Origin: Veillonella parvula
GTDB lineage: Bacteria; Bacillota; Negativicutes; Veillonellales; Veillonellaceae
NCBI RefSeq assembly: GCF_018366295.1
Contig: NZ_JAGZIJ010000001.1
Location: forward strand, 484,462-548,461
Reading direction: 5' to 3'
Length of the DNA: 64,000 nt
How positions within the stretch are numbered: position 1 is the first letter of the stretch; every line of letters starts with the position of its first letter. A program made the translations under genes and the position numbers. The notes under the pieces are model-generated. The model was given only the letters and a program-made list of their open reading frames with translations, did not search any database and was not told where the DNA came from. This document shows positions 41,133 through 51,925 of this stretch, piece by piece.

Positions 41133-42239
41133 TTAAAATATATATTTTGTCCGCTGTCTAGCAATATTTAATAAAATGCCAATGCTCAGCATATTAGTTG
41201 TTAGCGCACTAACACCATAGCTAAGGAATGGCAACGGAATCCCCGTTACAGGCATGATACCAATCGTCATGCCTACGTTTACGAGCACTTCAAAGGCAAA
41301 CATCGTACCAATACCCGTTGCTAATAACATACCGAAATTATCATTGCAGGTATATGCTACTTGAATGCTGCGATAAATAAGCATAAACAATAATAGCAAT
41401 ACTACAATGCATCCTACAAAGCCAAATTCTTCGCCGATTACAGAAAAGATAAAGTCCGTATGATTTTCTGGTAAAAAGTTCAACTGACTTTGAGTACCAT
41501 TAAAGATACCTTTACCAAAAATCATACCCGACCCGATGGCAATCTTAGATTGAATAATATGATAGCCAGAACCGAAGGGATCAATATCTGGATTTAAAAA
41601 TACTAGAATACGTTGCTTTTGGTATTCTTTCAGTACAAACCAGCCCAAAGGCATCAAGAGTAAAGCCACGCTCGCAATGATTTTTATAAGCTTAGTTTTG
41701 ATACCAGATATAAAGAGCATCCCTACAAATATAGCAATATATACGAGGGATGTCCCCAAGTCAGGTTGTAAAAATACGAGAAGGATAGGAATCCCTACAT
41801 ATAACACTGGCATCAATAGGGATTTAAAAGTATCTAACTTGCCAATGCGCGGTTCTAACATTTTAGCCATACAGATAATCATCAATAGTTTAGAAAACTC
41901 TGAAGGCTGGATAGTAATTGGCCCCAGTTGAATCCAACGCTGTGCACCTAGTGCGGAGGTACCAACTACCATAACTGCAATTAACATAAGCATGGTAATC
42001 ACATAAATCATATTCCCCCACCCTTTAAGGCGATGGTAATCTAGAAATTGCATGCCTATAACGACAGCTATATTTGCTAAAAAGAATACGAGTTGTTTTA
42101 CCACTAAACTACCAAAACCGATAGCTTCATGATTCACATGGGTAGCACTACCAATAGCTGTAAGACCAATTCCGACAAGTAATATAGTACATATGATGAT
42201 AGTCCAATCGCTATCTGTCCATATTTTACGCCACATCAT
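41133..42239 (-). CDS. rodA: Rod shape-determining protein RodA (SEDS family peptidoglycan glycosyltransferase)
   Basis: 368 aa polytopic protein of the FtsW/RodA family, located in the mre-mrdA cluster. Confidence 0.85.
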   Translation of the reverse strand: MMWRKIWTDSDWTIIICTILLVGIGLTAIGSATHVNHEAIGFGSLVVKQLVFFLANIAVVIGMQFLDYHRLKGWGNMIYVITMLMLIAVMVVGTSALGAQRWIQLGPITIQPSEFSKLLMIICMAKMLEPRIGKLDTFKSLLMPVLYVGIPILLVFLQPDLGTSLVYIAIFVGMLFISGIKTKLIKIIASVALLLMPLGWFVLKEYQKQRILVFLNPDIDPFGSGYHIIQSKIAIGSGMIFGKGIFNGTQSQLNFLPENHTDFIFSVIGEEFGFVGCIVVLLLLFMLIYRSIQVAYTCNDNFGMLLATGIGTMFAFEVLVNVGMTIGIMPVTGIPLPFLSYGVSALTTNMLSIGILLNIARQRTKYIF

Positions 42240-42244
42240 ATCAC

Positions 42245-43168
42245 CTATTTCAACTTGCTACGGCGCCACAAGCTTTGTTTCCCTTGCACCAATAAGCGTT
42301 GCGTGGTCCAACCGCCACGATTAATGTAATGAACATTGTTAGAATCCTCAAAAATAGACTCACCTACTGTTGCAAGACTTGGTGTACTATCTTGCTCCTT
42401 CGATGTTTTTTTCTTAGTTACATAAGCATCGAAGTGCTTTTGTACATCGTAGTCTTCCCAACACTCACCGGTAGTTACATAATCAACAAGAGGTGCTAAC
42501 ATAGCTTTTAGTTCACTAGAAACAAATTCTAACAAACGACCATCTTGTGTATAGGTCAAAATATCCTCATCATAAGGAATTATAGCCCCTACATATTCAG
42601 CACGAAGGACTTCTAACATATCATATAAATGGATATCCTCTCCATCGATAGGTACTGCATTAAAAGCAATAGCATAATCACGAATATTATGTTCTTGACA
42701 TACTTGAATCATGCGTGCCCCATTACGCAAGGACACCCATAAAGGATGCGTCACCACGATGCAACGATTTACTAATTCTAAAATAGACTCTATGCCCTTA
42801 CCGATACCAGCAGGAGCATCAATTAAAATATAGTCATATGTCTCAGAGAGGCGACGGACTAATTTTTTATATTTTTTACGACCTATATCTTCCCAACGAG
42901 CACTTTGGCTAGCTGGTAGGAAATCTAAGTTTTCAGCAATTGATACAATGGCATCATCCATATAGTCTTTATCTTCGCTCGCATCTAATGCGTCGTAAAT
43001 AATTTCATTTGCCACTCCTAACACAAGGTCTAAATCGCGCAATCCAAAATCTCCATCACAGAGCAATACGCGATGCCCTGCATTGCTTAAGGCTGAACCC
43101 AAGCAAGCGGTAATCGTAGTCTTACCTACGCCTCCCTTACCGGATACAACGCCGATTATCTCGCCCAT
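42245..43168 (-). CDS. MinD/ParA-family P-loop ATPase (divergent MinD-like with a basic C-terminal extension). No minC or minE neighbour
   Basis: About 307 aa with a deviant Walker A (GVVSGKGGVGKTT) and a MinD-like switch region. The C-terminus (KKKTSKEQDS...WRRSKLK) is unlike canonical MinD. Confidence 0.7.
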   Translation of the reverse strand: MGEIIGVVSGKGGVGKTTITACLGSALSNAGHRVLLCDGDFGLRDLDLVLGVANEIIYDALDASEDKDYMDDAIVSIAENLDFLPASQSARWEDIGRKKYKKLVRRLSETYDYILIDAPAGIGKGIESILELVNRCIVVTHPLWVSLRNGARMIQVCQEHNIRDYAIAFNAVPIDGEDIHLYDMLEVLRAEYVGAIIPYDEDILTYTQDGRLLEFVSSELKAMLAPLVDYVTTGECWEDYDVQKHFDAYVTKKKTSKEQDSTPSLATVGESIFEDSNNVHYINRGGWTTQRLLVQGKQSLWRRSKLK

Positions 43169-43169
43169 A

Positions 43170-45092
43170 CTAATCCTTTCTTGGTTGTCCACTAGTTACC
43201 GCATTCTGAGGTTTTTGCCCTTTATTAATACTTGTCCCCGTAGCAGTTTCCTTATTGCCCTTACTATTTGTATCATTAGATTTCTTATTCACTGGTACAT
43301 TGAAGTACGCAGCCAATATATCTCTTACGATAGGCCCTGCAGAGCCCGCACCAAAGCTACCTTGCTCAACAAGTGCAACCACTACAATTTGTGGCTTATC
43401 ATATGGTGCATAGGCTACAAACCAGCCGTGATCTCTGCCATGTGCATTCTCTGAAGTACCTGTTTTACCAGCTACATCAATAGGGAATCCTTTAAACAAC
43501 TCCCCTGCTGTACCACCTTCATTAGTAACATCACGCAAGCCTTCGCGAACAAGATCCATAATATTTTTTGGTACAGGTAAGATACCGAGCTTGTCTGGGC
43601 CAAAGATTTCTTTTGGCGTGCCATCCTTATTATCAATACGGCTCACTACATATGGGCGGTATTTAATGCCACCATTTGCTACTTCACTAAGCATAACAGC
43701 CATTTGTAATGGTGTCACCAAAGTAAAAGACTGACCTATGGCCGCATCAAAGGTTTCACCTAAATACCAATCTTCATCATACACTTTGCGTTTATAAGCA
43801 GGACTTGCCATATTACCAGAGGCCTCACCAACAAGATTGATGCCTGTCTTTTCGCCAATACCAAAGTAGCCAGCATATTTTACAAGTCCTTCTATGCCAA
43901 CGCGATTGCCCATTTCATAGAAGTAAACATTATCTGATTTTGCAAGAGCTTTATTAAAGTTAAGCCACCCTAATGCTTCACCTTCTGCATTTCGTTTATC
44001 GATAAGCCAATGTTTACCACTATCAAAAATCATTTCTTCAGGGGTAACCTTTTTAAGATCTAAAGCCGCCGTACCTGTAATAATCTTGAACGGAGAACCT
44101 GGTGGATATTCACCAGAAATAACCTTATTATCAAATGGATGATTCTTATCGTTATTCAATTGATTCCACCGTGCCGTTGTAATCCCCTTCGCAAACCAAT
44201 TAGGGTTAAACTCAGGGGCGCTGACCATGGCCAAAATGGCACCCGTATTTGGATCCATTGCTACTACAGCAGCTCCTTGAGCTGGAATGCCTTGGGCACG
44301 CAACTGTTCTAATTGGTTCTTAACAGCTTCTTCAGCAGCCTTTTGTAGATTTGCATCTATTGTCAAATGGATATTAGATCCAGGCACTGTATGCTTTCTA
44401 TCTACCTCCGCAACCGGTCGGCCTGTAGCATCAACCTCTACCTGTTTACCACCATCAGTGCCACGCAAGATGGAATCATATAGTTTTTCAAGACCAGAAC
44501 GGCCTAAAATAGTACCACCACTAATAAGGGTATTTGGATCTTGCTGTTTTAGCTCTTCTAATTCTTCTTCGCTCACTTCACCCACATACCCAAAGAGCTG
44601 AGAAGCCATCGTTTCATATGGATAATAGCGAAGTGGTTCTACATCTATGGTAACACCTGGTAATTCATGACGATGCTCTTCGATGCTTGTAACTACATCC
44701 ATAGAAATATCATTAGCAATACGAATTGGCTCATAACCATATTTATGATCATTTACCTTTTTTGTAATATCTTCTGGTTTAATTTTCAGCAAAGTTGCCA
44801 ACTTAGCAACTTCACCTTCGTCTAGAGCCTTCCCCGTAGGCAAAATGGAGATAGTGTATGCCGGTCTAGAACCTACTAAGATCTGACCATTTCGATCGTA
44901 CATAATACCACGAGCAGCTGTCATGGATACCATGCGCAAACGGTTGCCTTCTGCCTTAGCTTGGTAATAACCACCAGACAAGATTTGCAACGTCATCAGG
45001 CGTAATGCCAAGACTATAAATATGCCGGCTACAATGTAAAAGAGTACATCAAAGCGATTCGTTTTTCTTCGTTTATAGAGGCCTTCAAGCAC
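43170..45092 (-). CDS. mrdA: Penicillin-binding protein 2 (elongasome transpeptidase)
   Basis: 640 aa with PBP dimerisation and transpeptidase domains (SxxK, SxN, KTGT). Follows mreD. Confidence 0.9.
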   Translation of the reverse strand: MLEGLYKRRKTNRFDVLFYIVAGIFIVLALRLMTLQILSGGYYQAKAEGNRLRMVSMTAARGIMYDRNGQILVGSRPAYTISILPTGKALDEGEVAKLATLLKIKPEDITKKVNDHKYGYEPIRIANDISMDVVTSIEEHRHELPGVTIDVEPLRYYPYETMASQLFGYVGEVSEEELEELKQQDPNTLISGGTILGRSGLEKLYDSILRGTDGGKQVEVDATGRPVAEVDRKHTVPGSNIHLTIDANLQKAAEEAVKNQLEQLRAQGIPAQGAAVVAMDPNTGAILAMVSAPEFNPNWFAKGITTARWNQLNNDKNHPFDNKVISGEYPPGSPFKIITGTAALDLKKVTPEEMIFDSGKHWLIDKRNAEGEALGWLNFNKALAKSDNVYFYEMGNRVGIEGLVKYAGYFGIGEKTGINLVGEASGNMASPAYKRKVYDEDWYLGETFDAAIGQSFTLVTPLQMAVMLSEVANGGIKYRPYVVSRIDNKDGTPKEIFGPDKLGILPVPKNIMDLVREGLRDVTNEGGTAGELFKGFPIDVAGKTGTSENAHGRDHGWFVAYAPYDKPQIVVVALVEQGSFGAGSAGPIVRDILAAYFNVPVNKKSNDTNSKGNKETATGTSINKGQKPQNAVTSGQPRKD

Positions 45093-45111
45093 TCTTTCAC
45101 CCCCTTAATCC

Positions 45112-45606
45112 TTACCAAATATAACCTTGTTGTTCATCATCTTTACGCCATAACAAACCATGCACAATAGCGCCTAACAAGCCATTCCAGAACATCACGG
45201 GTAATACCATATGCCACAAGTATAGTCCAAAGTGCAAATCGCCACCACTAGCTAATATCATAAAGCTACGAATAACGCCATCTAGCAGCGTACAAATAGC
45301 TACTATACCACTAGACCAATACCAGCGTTCTTCATAGATACGATGCTTTACGGCAGATAGTAGGTATACCACAATTACGTAAGGGAATAGATGGAGCCCA
45401 AAAAAGTTAGATATCAATACATCATGTACGATACCCCCAATAACAGCGGATATCAGCCCCATACGACGACCTTTAAATAAAGTAATCATAACAATTATCG
45501 TCAAAATTAAGTTTGGTAACCAATTTGTATGGAAAATAGTAGGCAATAATTGCGCTTGTATAAAATATATTAAAAATCCAGAGAGAGCTAAAGCTAGACG
45601 CATCAT
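45112..45606 (-). CDS. mreD: Rod shape-determining protein MreD
   Basis: 164 aa polytopic membrane protein immediately after mreC. Confidence 0.8.
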   Translation of the reverse strand: MMRLALALSGFLIYFIQAQLLPTIFHTNWLPNLILTIIVMITLFKGRRMGLISAVIGGIVHDVLISNFFGLHLFPYVIVVYLLSAVKHRIYEERWYWSSGIVAICTLLDGVIRSFMILASGGDLHFGLYLWHMVLPVMFWNGLLGAIVHGLLWRKDDEQQGYIW

Positions 45607-46520
45607 TGTTTAACGGCCCCCTTTGCACCCTCTACTTGATCTCGTTGTGTTTGAGGCACAAGTTTAGGCTCAAGTTCTGGTTTTTGTGGTGCGCTTAGAG
45701 AAGACGAGGTAAGCACAAAAACTTCTTCTAAACGATGAAAATCTACACTCGGTGTGACTACCGCATTTTTAACAAATCCTTCCGAATCATTTTCGATAGA
45801 TTGCACGTTGCCAACAGGTAGACCTTTCGGATAAATGCCTCCATATCCAGAGGTAATCAACTTATCACCTACCAATACATCACCATCGCGAGCAATATTT
45901 ACCATAGATGGTGTACGAGGTGTATTGCCATTACCTTTTACAACGCCAGACAAACGAGATTCAGGTCGTTGTACAAGGATACCTATTGCGCTACGCGGAT
46001 CAAGAATGGTTTGAACGCGAGCAGAATGCGGATATACATCTGTAATAAAACCAACGACACCACTAGGTACAACAACAGCCATATTAACTGCCATACCTTC
46101 TTCACTCCCTTTATCAATGGTGAAAGTATTTGTCCAAGTACCGTAATCCTTTGTAATGATACCTGCTAAGGTCATGGAGAATTCTGGATGGCTACTCTTA
46201 TAGTTTAAAAGCTGACGAAGGCGAATATTCTCTGCCACTACTTCATCGTAGTTAACTACCTTTTGTTCCAATGTAGCTTTACGAGATGCTTCCTCTTCGC
46301 GTTCGATAGTAGAGAAAATAGCATTATTAAGTACTGTAAAGCTAGTTTGGACGCCCTCTAATAAACGAGCTGACCCATAAGAGAAAGGCGTTGTAATTCC
46401 TTCAAGGGTAACCGTAACAAAGGGAATACTAGTCCGTTGCTTCCACGCAAAGCCGAGCAATGACATTAGGATACAACCAATGACAACGATGATAATTAAC
46501 TTTTTATCTGACTGTATCAT
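45603..46520 (-). CDS. mreC: Rod shape-determining protein MreC
   Basis: 305 aa with an N-terminal TM segment, a coiled-coil and a beta domain; follows mreB. Confidence 0.88.
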   Translation of the reverse strand: MIQSDKKLIIIVVIGCILMSLLGFAWKQRTSIPFVTVTLEGITTPFSYGSARLLEGVQTSFTVLNNAIFSTIEREEEASRKATLEQKVVNYDEVVAENIRLRQLLNYKSSHPEFSMTLAGIITKDYGTWTNTFTIDKGSEEGMAVNMAVVVPSGVVGFITDVYPHSARVQTILDPRSAIGILVQRPESRLSGVVKGNGNTPRTPSMVNIARDGDVLVGDKLITSGYGGIYPKGLPVGNVQSIENDSEGFVKNAVVTPSVDFHRLEEVFVLTSSSLSAPQKPELEPKLVPQTQRDQVEGAKGAVKQ

Positions 46521-46521
46521 G

Positions 46522-47559
46522 CTAGTCTCGGCCCTTTCTATTCTTAGAATTTACAATAAAACGCGATAAGCTCACCAAATCAGATGAGGCCCCATTAAGG
46601 CCTACCACAACTTTTGTTTCAGGTGCTTCAGGAACGTGAACAGGTACACCTACTTCAGTACCAATCCGATCCGCTAATCCAGATAGTCTTGCTGTACCGC
46701 CAGTAAGCCATATGCCATGTTGCATAATATCAGCCACGATTTCTGGTGCCGTAGCACGAATCATTTGCTTAACCTCATCCAAGAGTCCTATCAAACATTC
46801 ATTTACAACTTGGTACACTTCAGATTGATGAATCACACAACGTCTACCTAAGCCGTTCATCATATCGCGCCCTTGAAAGGCATACTCTGCATCCTCTAAA
46901 GGAGCGACAGCTGTTCCTAATGTATGCTTAATATCTATTATAGTTTCATCAGATACGATAATGCCAAAACACTCACGCACATAGCGTAATAAGGCATTAT
47001 TAATATCAGAACCACCAAAACGAATTGTTTTGCTATCTACGATACCACCTAAAGAAACAATCCCCATATCAATAGTGCCACCGCCGATATCAATAATCAT
47101 AGATCCTTGTGCTTCAAAGATAGGCACACCACAACCAATAGCAGCCGCCACAGGTCGTTCGATAAGAAATACCTCTCGAGCACCAGCTTGAATAACAGCA
47201 TCCATCATGGCTCGTTGCTCAACATCGGTCATCCCACAAGGAACCCCTACGACAACGCGGGCTCGACGCAATGCATTAGACACCTTATTAAGAAAGTAGC
47301 TAAGCATAGTATGCATAACGCGATAGTCAACTATAAATCCATCCTTTAAAGGCGTTAACGGACGCCATATATCGGGCATGCGCAATACGAGGCGCGCCGC
47401 TTCATCACCAACGGCTACTACTTTTTCTTGTTTTGTATCAGTTGCTATAATCGATGGTTCGCTTATAACAGTCCCTCGCGTCCCCCCCATGAGGCGCGTT
47501 TGTATGGAACCAATATCTATACTTACATCTTTTCCTAGAGTAGGTAAAATGGAACTCAT
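46522..47559 (-). CDS. mreB: Actin-like rod shape-determining protein MreB
   Basis: 345 aa actin-fold ATPase (DIGGGTIDMGIVSLGG); SD AAGGAG 9 nt upstream. Confidence 0.95.
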   Translation of the reverse strand: MSSILPTLGKDVSIDIGSIQTRLMGGTRGTVISEPSIIATDTKQEKVVAVGDEAARLVLRMPDIWRPLTPLKDGFIVDYRVMHTMLSYFLNKVSNALRRARVVVGVPCGMTDVEQRAMMDAVIQAGAREVFLIERPVAAAIGCGVPIFEAQGSMIIDIGGGTIDMGIVSLGGIVDSKTIRFGGSDINNALLRYVRECFGIIVSDETIIDIKHTLGTAVAPLEDAEYAFQGRDMMNGLGRRCVIHQSEVYQVVNECLIGLLDEVKQMIRATAPEIVADIMQHGIWLTGGTARLSGLADRIGTEVGVPVHVPEAPETKVVVGLNGASSDLVSLSRFIVNSKNRKGRD

Positions 47560-47838
47560 AGTAATTTCTCCTTCATTACATCATCATTCCATTTTACCAT
47601 ATATAACGCGACTTTTTCCATTGATATCAGTACCTTTCCTTTTGTTAAAAGCACAGATAACGCATAATCCCTGTACTCATAAGTCATACATAAAAATTAC
47701 ATAACTTCATACATACAATCTCATACACAATAAGGAAAAGCACTCATTTATAGGAACTTACCCATGCGTCAAAATTAGGTATAGTTCAAAATGAATGCTT
47801 TTAATAATCTTACTTGGCTTTGTTCAGTTTATTTAGGC

Positions 47839-48537
47839 TCAGCTCAATTTACCAATTTCGCTGAGGCTCGTAAATTCATTATCCCCTATAACAATATGAT
47901 CGAGTACAGGAATCCCCATAAATTGACCAGCACTAACAAACATTTTCGTTAGCCGTATATCTTCATCACTTGGTCTACTATCACCTGACGGGTGGTTATG
48001 GATTAGGATAATAGCCGCTGCATTGCATGCTATAGCTTTTTTAAATACTGCTCTTTGCTCTACAAGACTTGATACCAATCCACCATTAGAGATATGTTCC
48101 AACTGAATAAGCTTATTTCGAGATGTTAACATGGCAGCCCACACATGTTCCACATCTTCGTGACGCAGTCGCTCCATCACATATTGAGCTATTACAAAAG
48201 GTTGCGAAAAATCTTCATAAGTCTCTTTAATCTTAAGCTCCCCTAGACGCCTACCCATTTCAAGTGCTGCGCATAGCGTCACTGCTTTATCTCTACCAAT
48301 ACCCTTGATTTTGATTAGATTATCTACGGTCATTCGGTTAAGACCATATACGCCATCATCAAAGGATTGTAGGATATCACTTGCCAAAGAAATCGCAGAT
48401 TGCCCCTTTACCCCTGTGCGCAATAAAATAGCCAACAACTCCTCCATTGCCATATGTGAAGGGCCTAAGGCGAGAAATTTTTCTCGAGGGCGCTGGAATG
48501 GTAGCATATCTTTTACACTTACTGTTGGTACTTCCAT
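47839..48537 (-). CDS. radC: RadC-like JAB/MPN domain protein (UPF0758). Start chosen at MEVPTVSV; the ORF extends to 48579
   Basis: HhH N-terminal region plus the JAMM motif HNHPSGDSRPSDED. Confidence 0.85.
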   Translation of the reverse strand: MEVPTVSVKDMLPFQRPREKFLALGPSHMAMEELLAILLRTGVKGQSAISLASDILQSFDDGVYGLNRMTVDNLIKIKGIGRDKAVTLCAALEMGRRLGELKIKETYEDFSQPFVIAQYVMERLRHEDVEHVWAAMLTSRNKLIQLEHISNGGLVSSLVEQRAVFKKAIACNAAAIILIHNHPSGDSRPSDEDIRLTKMFVSAGQFMGIPVLDHIVIGDNEFTSLSEIGKLS

Positions 48538-48615
48538 AGAATCTCTCCATTCAAATAGATAACACCATTTGTAAATCAAACAATAAACACATCTACTCTC
48601 TTAAAAATTATTTAG

Positions 48616-48680
48616 CACAGCACAGCACAGCACAGCACAGCACAGCACAGCACAGCACAGCACAGCACAGCACAGCACAG
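48616..48680. repeat. Perfect pentanucleotide microsatellite (CACAG)13, 65 bp, between maf and radC
   Basis: Seen directly at 48616-48680; flanked by G on the 5' side and C on the 3' side. Confidence 0.95.
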
Positions 48681-48714
48681 CCAATTATATCACTATCTGT
48701 CTAATACGCTAGTA

Positions 48715-49281
48715 CTATTTTGCCCCTAACGCCTTGCACAGTTCCTCGTATACATGTTCAACTGGTAACCCTACCACATTAGTATAAGAGCCCTCTATTT
48801 TATCTACCCATAATGCACCTTTTCCTTGGATGCCATAAGCTCCAGCCTTATCCATCGGTTCCCCACTAGCAATATAAGACTCGATTTCAAAGGGTGCTAA
48901 TTGTTTAAAATATACTTTTGTTTCATTGTGAAAAACTATCTCCTCCCCTTTGATGAGTAACGCGACTCCAGTGATTACAGAATGTGCTCTACCCGATAAA
49001 TGCTCCAACATATGGCGTGCATCGGATTCATCATGTGGCTTTCCTAATACTTTATTATCAAGGACAACAATAGTATCTGCGCCTAACACAATACTTCCGT
49101 CTGGAACACCTACAGCACAACGAGCCTTACCTAATGCTTGGGCTTTCACCATTTCAATAGGGTTGTCGTAACCCTCATTAGATTCCTCATAAGTACTGGA
49201 TACAACAGTATGATCAATCCCAACCTGTGTTAATAATTCAGTTCTACGTGGTGATTGACTCGCCAAATATAATCCAGCCAT
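48715..49281 (-). CDS. maf: Maf-like nucleoside triphosphate pyrophosphatase (septum formation protein Maf)
   Basis: 188 aa beginning LYLASQSPRRTELL, with a Maf/Ham1 fold. Confidence 0.9.
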   Translation of the reverse strand: MAGLYLASQSPRRTELLTQVGIDHTVVSSTYEESNEGYDNPIEMVKAQALGKARCAVGVPDGSIVLGADTIVVLDNKVLGKPHDESDARHMLEHLSGRAHSVITGVALLIKGEEIVFHNETKVYFKQLAPFEIESYIASGEPMDKAGAYGIQGKGALWVDKIEGSYTNVVGLPVEHVYEELCKALGAK

Positions 49282-49367
49282 ATACGCTCCTTCGTATTAA
49301 AAAACTTGTACATAAAATTCTTGGTATAACTAAACTATCCTGCCTATCCCCCAGAACTTACCATCCC

Positions 49368-49988
49368 TTACATAGTTGTTCCTTTATCTTCTTCTGAAGA
49401 AATTAATCTTTCATAATATTCTTGTACATCTTCCCCATGTTTTACCGCATCAGCTCGCACCGCTGCATAAAATACAATATCCGCTTGAGGCACACGAATA
49501 CGGCCAGGCACATGCTCTTCTAATATTTCAAAGAATCTATCGTCGGCTTTCAACAACAAACGGCCATTTTTAACTTTATTTCCATCTACAATAGAATACA
49601 CAAGAGACCAAATCGGGCGCGGGTCAGAGGTAGAACATTTTCTATATTTATAGCGGTATTTAATATTTGTCAACAACTCACGTTCAAACTTGAACACCCC
49701 ATCAATCATGTTATAATCTACTTCAAAATGACGATTTCTAAAGATAGAGTTCTCTTCAATCACAAGCTTTGTATCTGTCAAAATATATGTATATCGACTA
49801 ACAGCCTGTTTAACCATAACAATGATGGCCATGATTTCAATAAAATACTCAGCTAATAAAACCGTATGTAATTGAATACTGCGATACGTTGTATAAGCTG
49901 CTGCACACAACAATAAAATCACAAAAAATACTACCAATAACTCTGCACTTCTGGTGCGCTGAGATTTTTCTTCATATAATACTGTCAT
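49368..49988 (-). CDS. Hypothetical membrane protein (two N-terminal TM helices plus a cytoplasmic domain)
   Basis: 206 aa ORF with coding-like composition. No family recognised. Confidence 0.4.
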   Translation of the reverse strand: MTVLYEEKSQRTRSAELLVVFFVILLLCAAAYTTYRSIQLHTVLLAEYFIEIMAIIVMVKQAVSRYTYILTDTKLVIEENSIFRNRHFEVDYNMIDGVFKFERELLTNIKYRYKYRKCSTSDPRPIWSLVYSIVDGNKVKNGRLLLKADDRFFEILEEHVPGRIRVPQADIVFYAAVRADAVKHGEDVQEYYERLISSEEDKGTTM

Positions 49989-50067
49989 GCTTTACCCCTT
50001 TTAAAGAAATCACTAATTAATAACTATACATCCTATTATAAGATATTCTATGCATAAAAACTACAAA

Positions 50068-50102
50068 AACCCCGTCTATATCCAAGATATAGACGGGGTT
50101 TT
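50068..50102. terminator. Bidirectional intrinsic terminator downstream of ackA
   Basis: AAAAACCCCGTCTATATCcaaGATATAGACGGGGTTTT. Confidence 0.75.
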
Positions 50103-50140
50103 ATGACTCTATTAGTCACTCAGTTCAGATGCGAACTATA

Positions 50141-51346
50141 TTATTTTTTCAACGCTGCTGTAATACGTTGAGTATCACGAGCAATCATGATTTCTTCGTT
50201 TGTAGGAATTACGAAGATTTTAACCTTAGAGCCTTCAACACTGATTTCTTGTTCTTTACCACGAACATTATTGCGTTCAGAATCAATACGAGTACCTAAG
50301 TATTCCAAACCATTACAAATTGCATCGCGGTTACCGATACCGTTTTCACCGATACCTGCAGTAAAGATAATAGCATCTACACCGCCCATAACAGCCGCAA
50401 AGGCACCGATTACACGGCGAACTTTGTAATGGAACATATTCAATGCCAATTGTGCGCGTTTATTGCCGTTAGCAGCAGCTTCTTCAATCACACGGAAGTC
50501 ATTGGATACACCAGAAATCCCTAATACACCGGATTCTTTATTCATAACTCTATCGATTTCTTCATAGGTCATACCTGTTTTTTCCATCAAGAATGGAACG
50601 ATAGCAGGGTCAATATCACCTGTACGCGTACCCATGATCAAACCGGACAATGGAGTAAAGCCCATTGTAGTATCGATGGAGCGACCACCTTTAATAGCAG
50701 CCACAGAGGAACCATTACCCAAGTGGCATGTGATGATACGAAGATCAGTCATATGTTTACCCATTAATTCTGCACAACGTTGCGCTACATATTTATGGGA
50801 TGTACCATGGAAGCCGTAACGACGAATACCATAATCTTCATAATAAGAGTAAGGAAGCGCATACATATATGCTTCTTTTGGCATAGTTTGATGGAATGCA
50901 GTATCAAATACAGCAACTTGAGGTACATTTGGCATAATAGCTTCACAAGCTTCAATACCTTGAATGTTTGGTGGGTTATGCAATGGTGCAAGAGAAGCAC
51001 ATTCTTCCAATGCTTCCATAACTGCTGGAGTAATCAATACGGAATCAGCAAATTTTTCACCGCCGTGTACTACACGGTGACCTACAGCATCGATTTCATC
51101 CATGGAAGAAATAACACCAAATTCAGCATCAACTAAAATATCTAGCAAAATGCGAAGCGCTTCTTTATGGTTCAAAATTGGTTCAATGCGTTCTAATTTA
51201 TCTGCATTAGGACGTTTGTGAGTGAAGATAGCATCTTGATCACCAATCTTTTCAAAAAGACCTTTTGCCAATTCTGTTTCAGTTGTCATATCAAGTAATT
51301 GATATTTCAAAGAAGAACTACCGCAGTTAACTACTAATACGTTCAT
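50141..51346 (-). CDS. ackA: Acetate kinase
   Basis: 401 aa beginning [17 protein letters not shown], with the acetate/propionate kinase fold. Confidence 0.95.
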   Translation of the reverse strand: MNVLVVNCGSSSLKYQLLDMTTETELAKGLFEKIGDQDAIFTHKRPNADKLERIEPILNHKEALRILLDILVDAEFGVISSMDEIDAVGHRVVHGGEKFADSVLITPAVMEALEECASLAPLHNPPNIQGIEACEAIMPNVPQVAVFDTAFHQTMPKEAYMYALPYSYYEDYGIRRYGFHGTSHKYVAQRCAELMGKHMTDLRIITCHLGNGSSVAAIKGGRSIDTTMGFTPLSGLIMGTRTGDIDPAIVPFLMEKTGMTYEEIDRVMNKESGVLGISGVSNDFRVIEEAAANGNKRAQLALNMFHYKVRRVIGAFAAVMGGVDAIIFTAGIGENGIGNRDAICNGLEYLGTRIDSERNNVRGKEQEISVEGSKVKIFVIPTNEEIMIARDTQRITAALKK

Positions 51347-51349
51347 CGA

Positions 51350-51925
51350 TTAACCCTCTTTCTGTTGTGTAACTTGAATCTTGTTTTGAATTTCTTTGCT
51401 GATATCAGCACCTACCTGATCCTTTTCAGGATATTGGTAGACTATATTCCACAATACGCCATGATCTAAGAATACGTATTGAGAAATTCTAAATATTTGT
51501 CCTTGCGATGTAACAGTAACATCAAGCTTTTTAGCAGATGCACCTTCTAATGCTACGGACTCTTCTTTGATGGTCGCGCCTACTTTAGCAAATTCAGACT
51601 TACTGTGATTAATATACTCATCTACCGTAGGTAACGGTTTATTTTCACCAGGCCGTAAAGCCTCAACCTCAATTACCATATGTTCTGTAACAGATCCATA
51701 AATATCGATTGGATACCCCTTATCAGACATATTTTTTGTACTTTTACCCATTTCATAAGGCAAAGCAATGGTAATTTCAGATTGACCAGCACGGATAACT
51801 TGATGGCCAAAACTATATGTATCCATTACATTTGTAGAGCCACATCCCGCCATTGCTAGCAGCACAGCACCGAGCAGAGTCCCTTGTAATGTACGTTTCC
51901 AATTTTGTTTCATCATATACCTCAC
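51350..51925 (-). CDS. Hypothetical lipoprotein
   Basis: 191 aa with a lipobox (LLAMAGCGS). Confidence 0.5.
   Translation of the reverse strand: MRYMMKQNWKRTLQGTLLGAVLLAMAGCGSTNVMDTYSFGHQVIRAGQSEITIALPYEMGKSTKNMSDKGYPIDIYGSVTEHMVIEVEALRPGENKPLPTVDEYINHSKSEFAKVGATIKEESVALEGASAKKLDVTVTSQGQIFRISQYVFLDHGVLWNIVYQYPEKDQVGADISKEIQNKIQVTQQKEG

Noticed and set aside
47560-47640. 21-codon uORF (MEKVALYMVKWNDDVMKEKLL) ending on the mreB ATG
   Set aside because: No SD; more likely the mreB promoter/5'UTR (extended -10 TGGTAAAAT).
48616-48680. Possible CRISPR array
   Set aside because: It is a 5-bp microsatellite with no spacers, not a repeat-spacer array. No cas genes are present.
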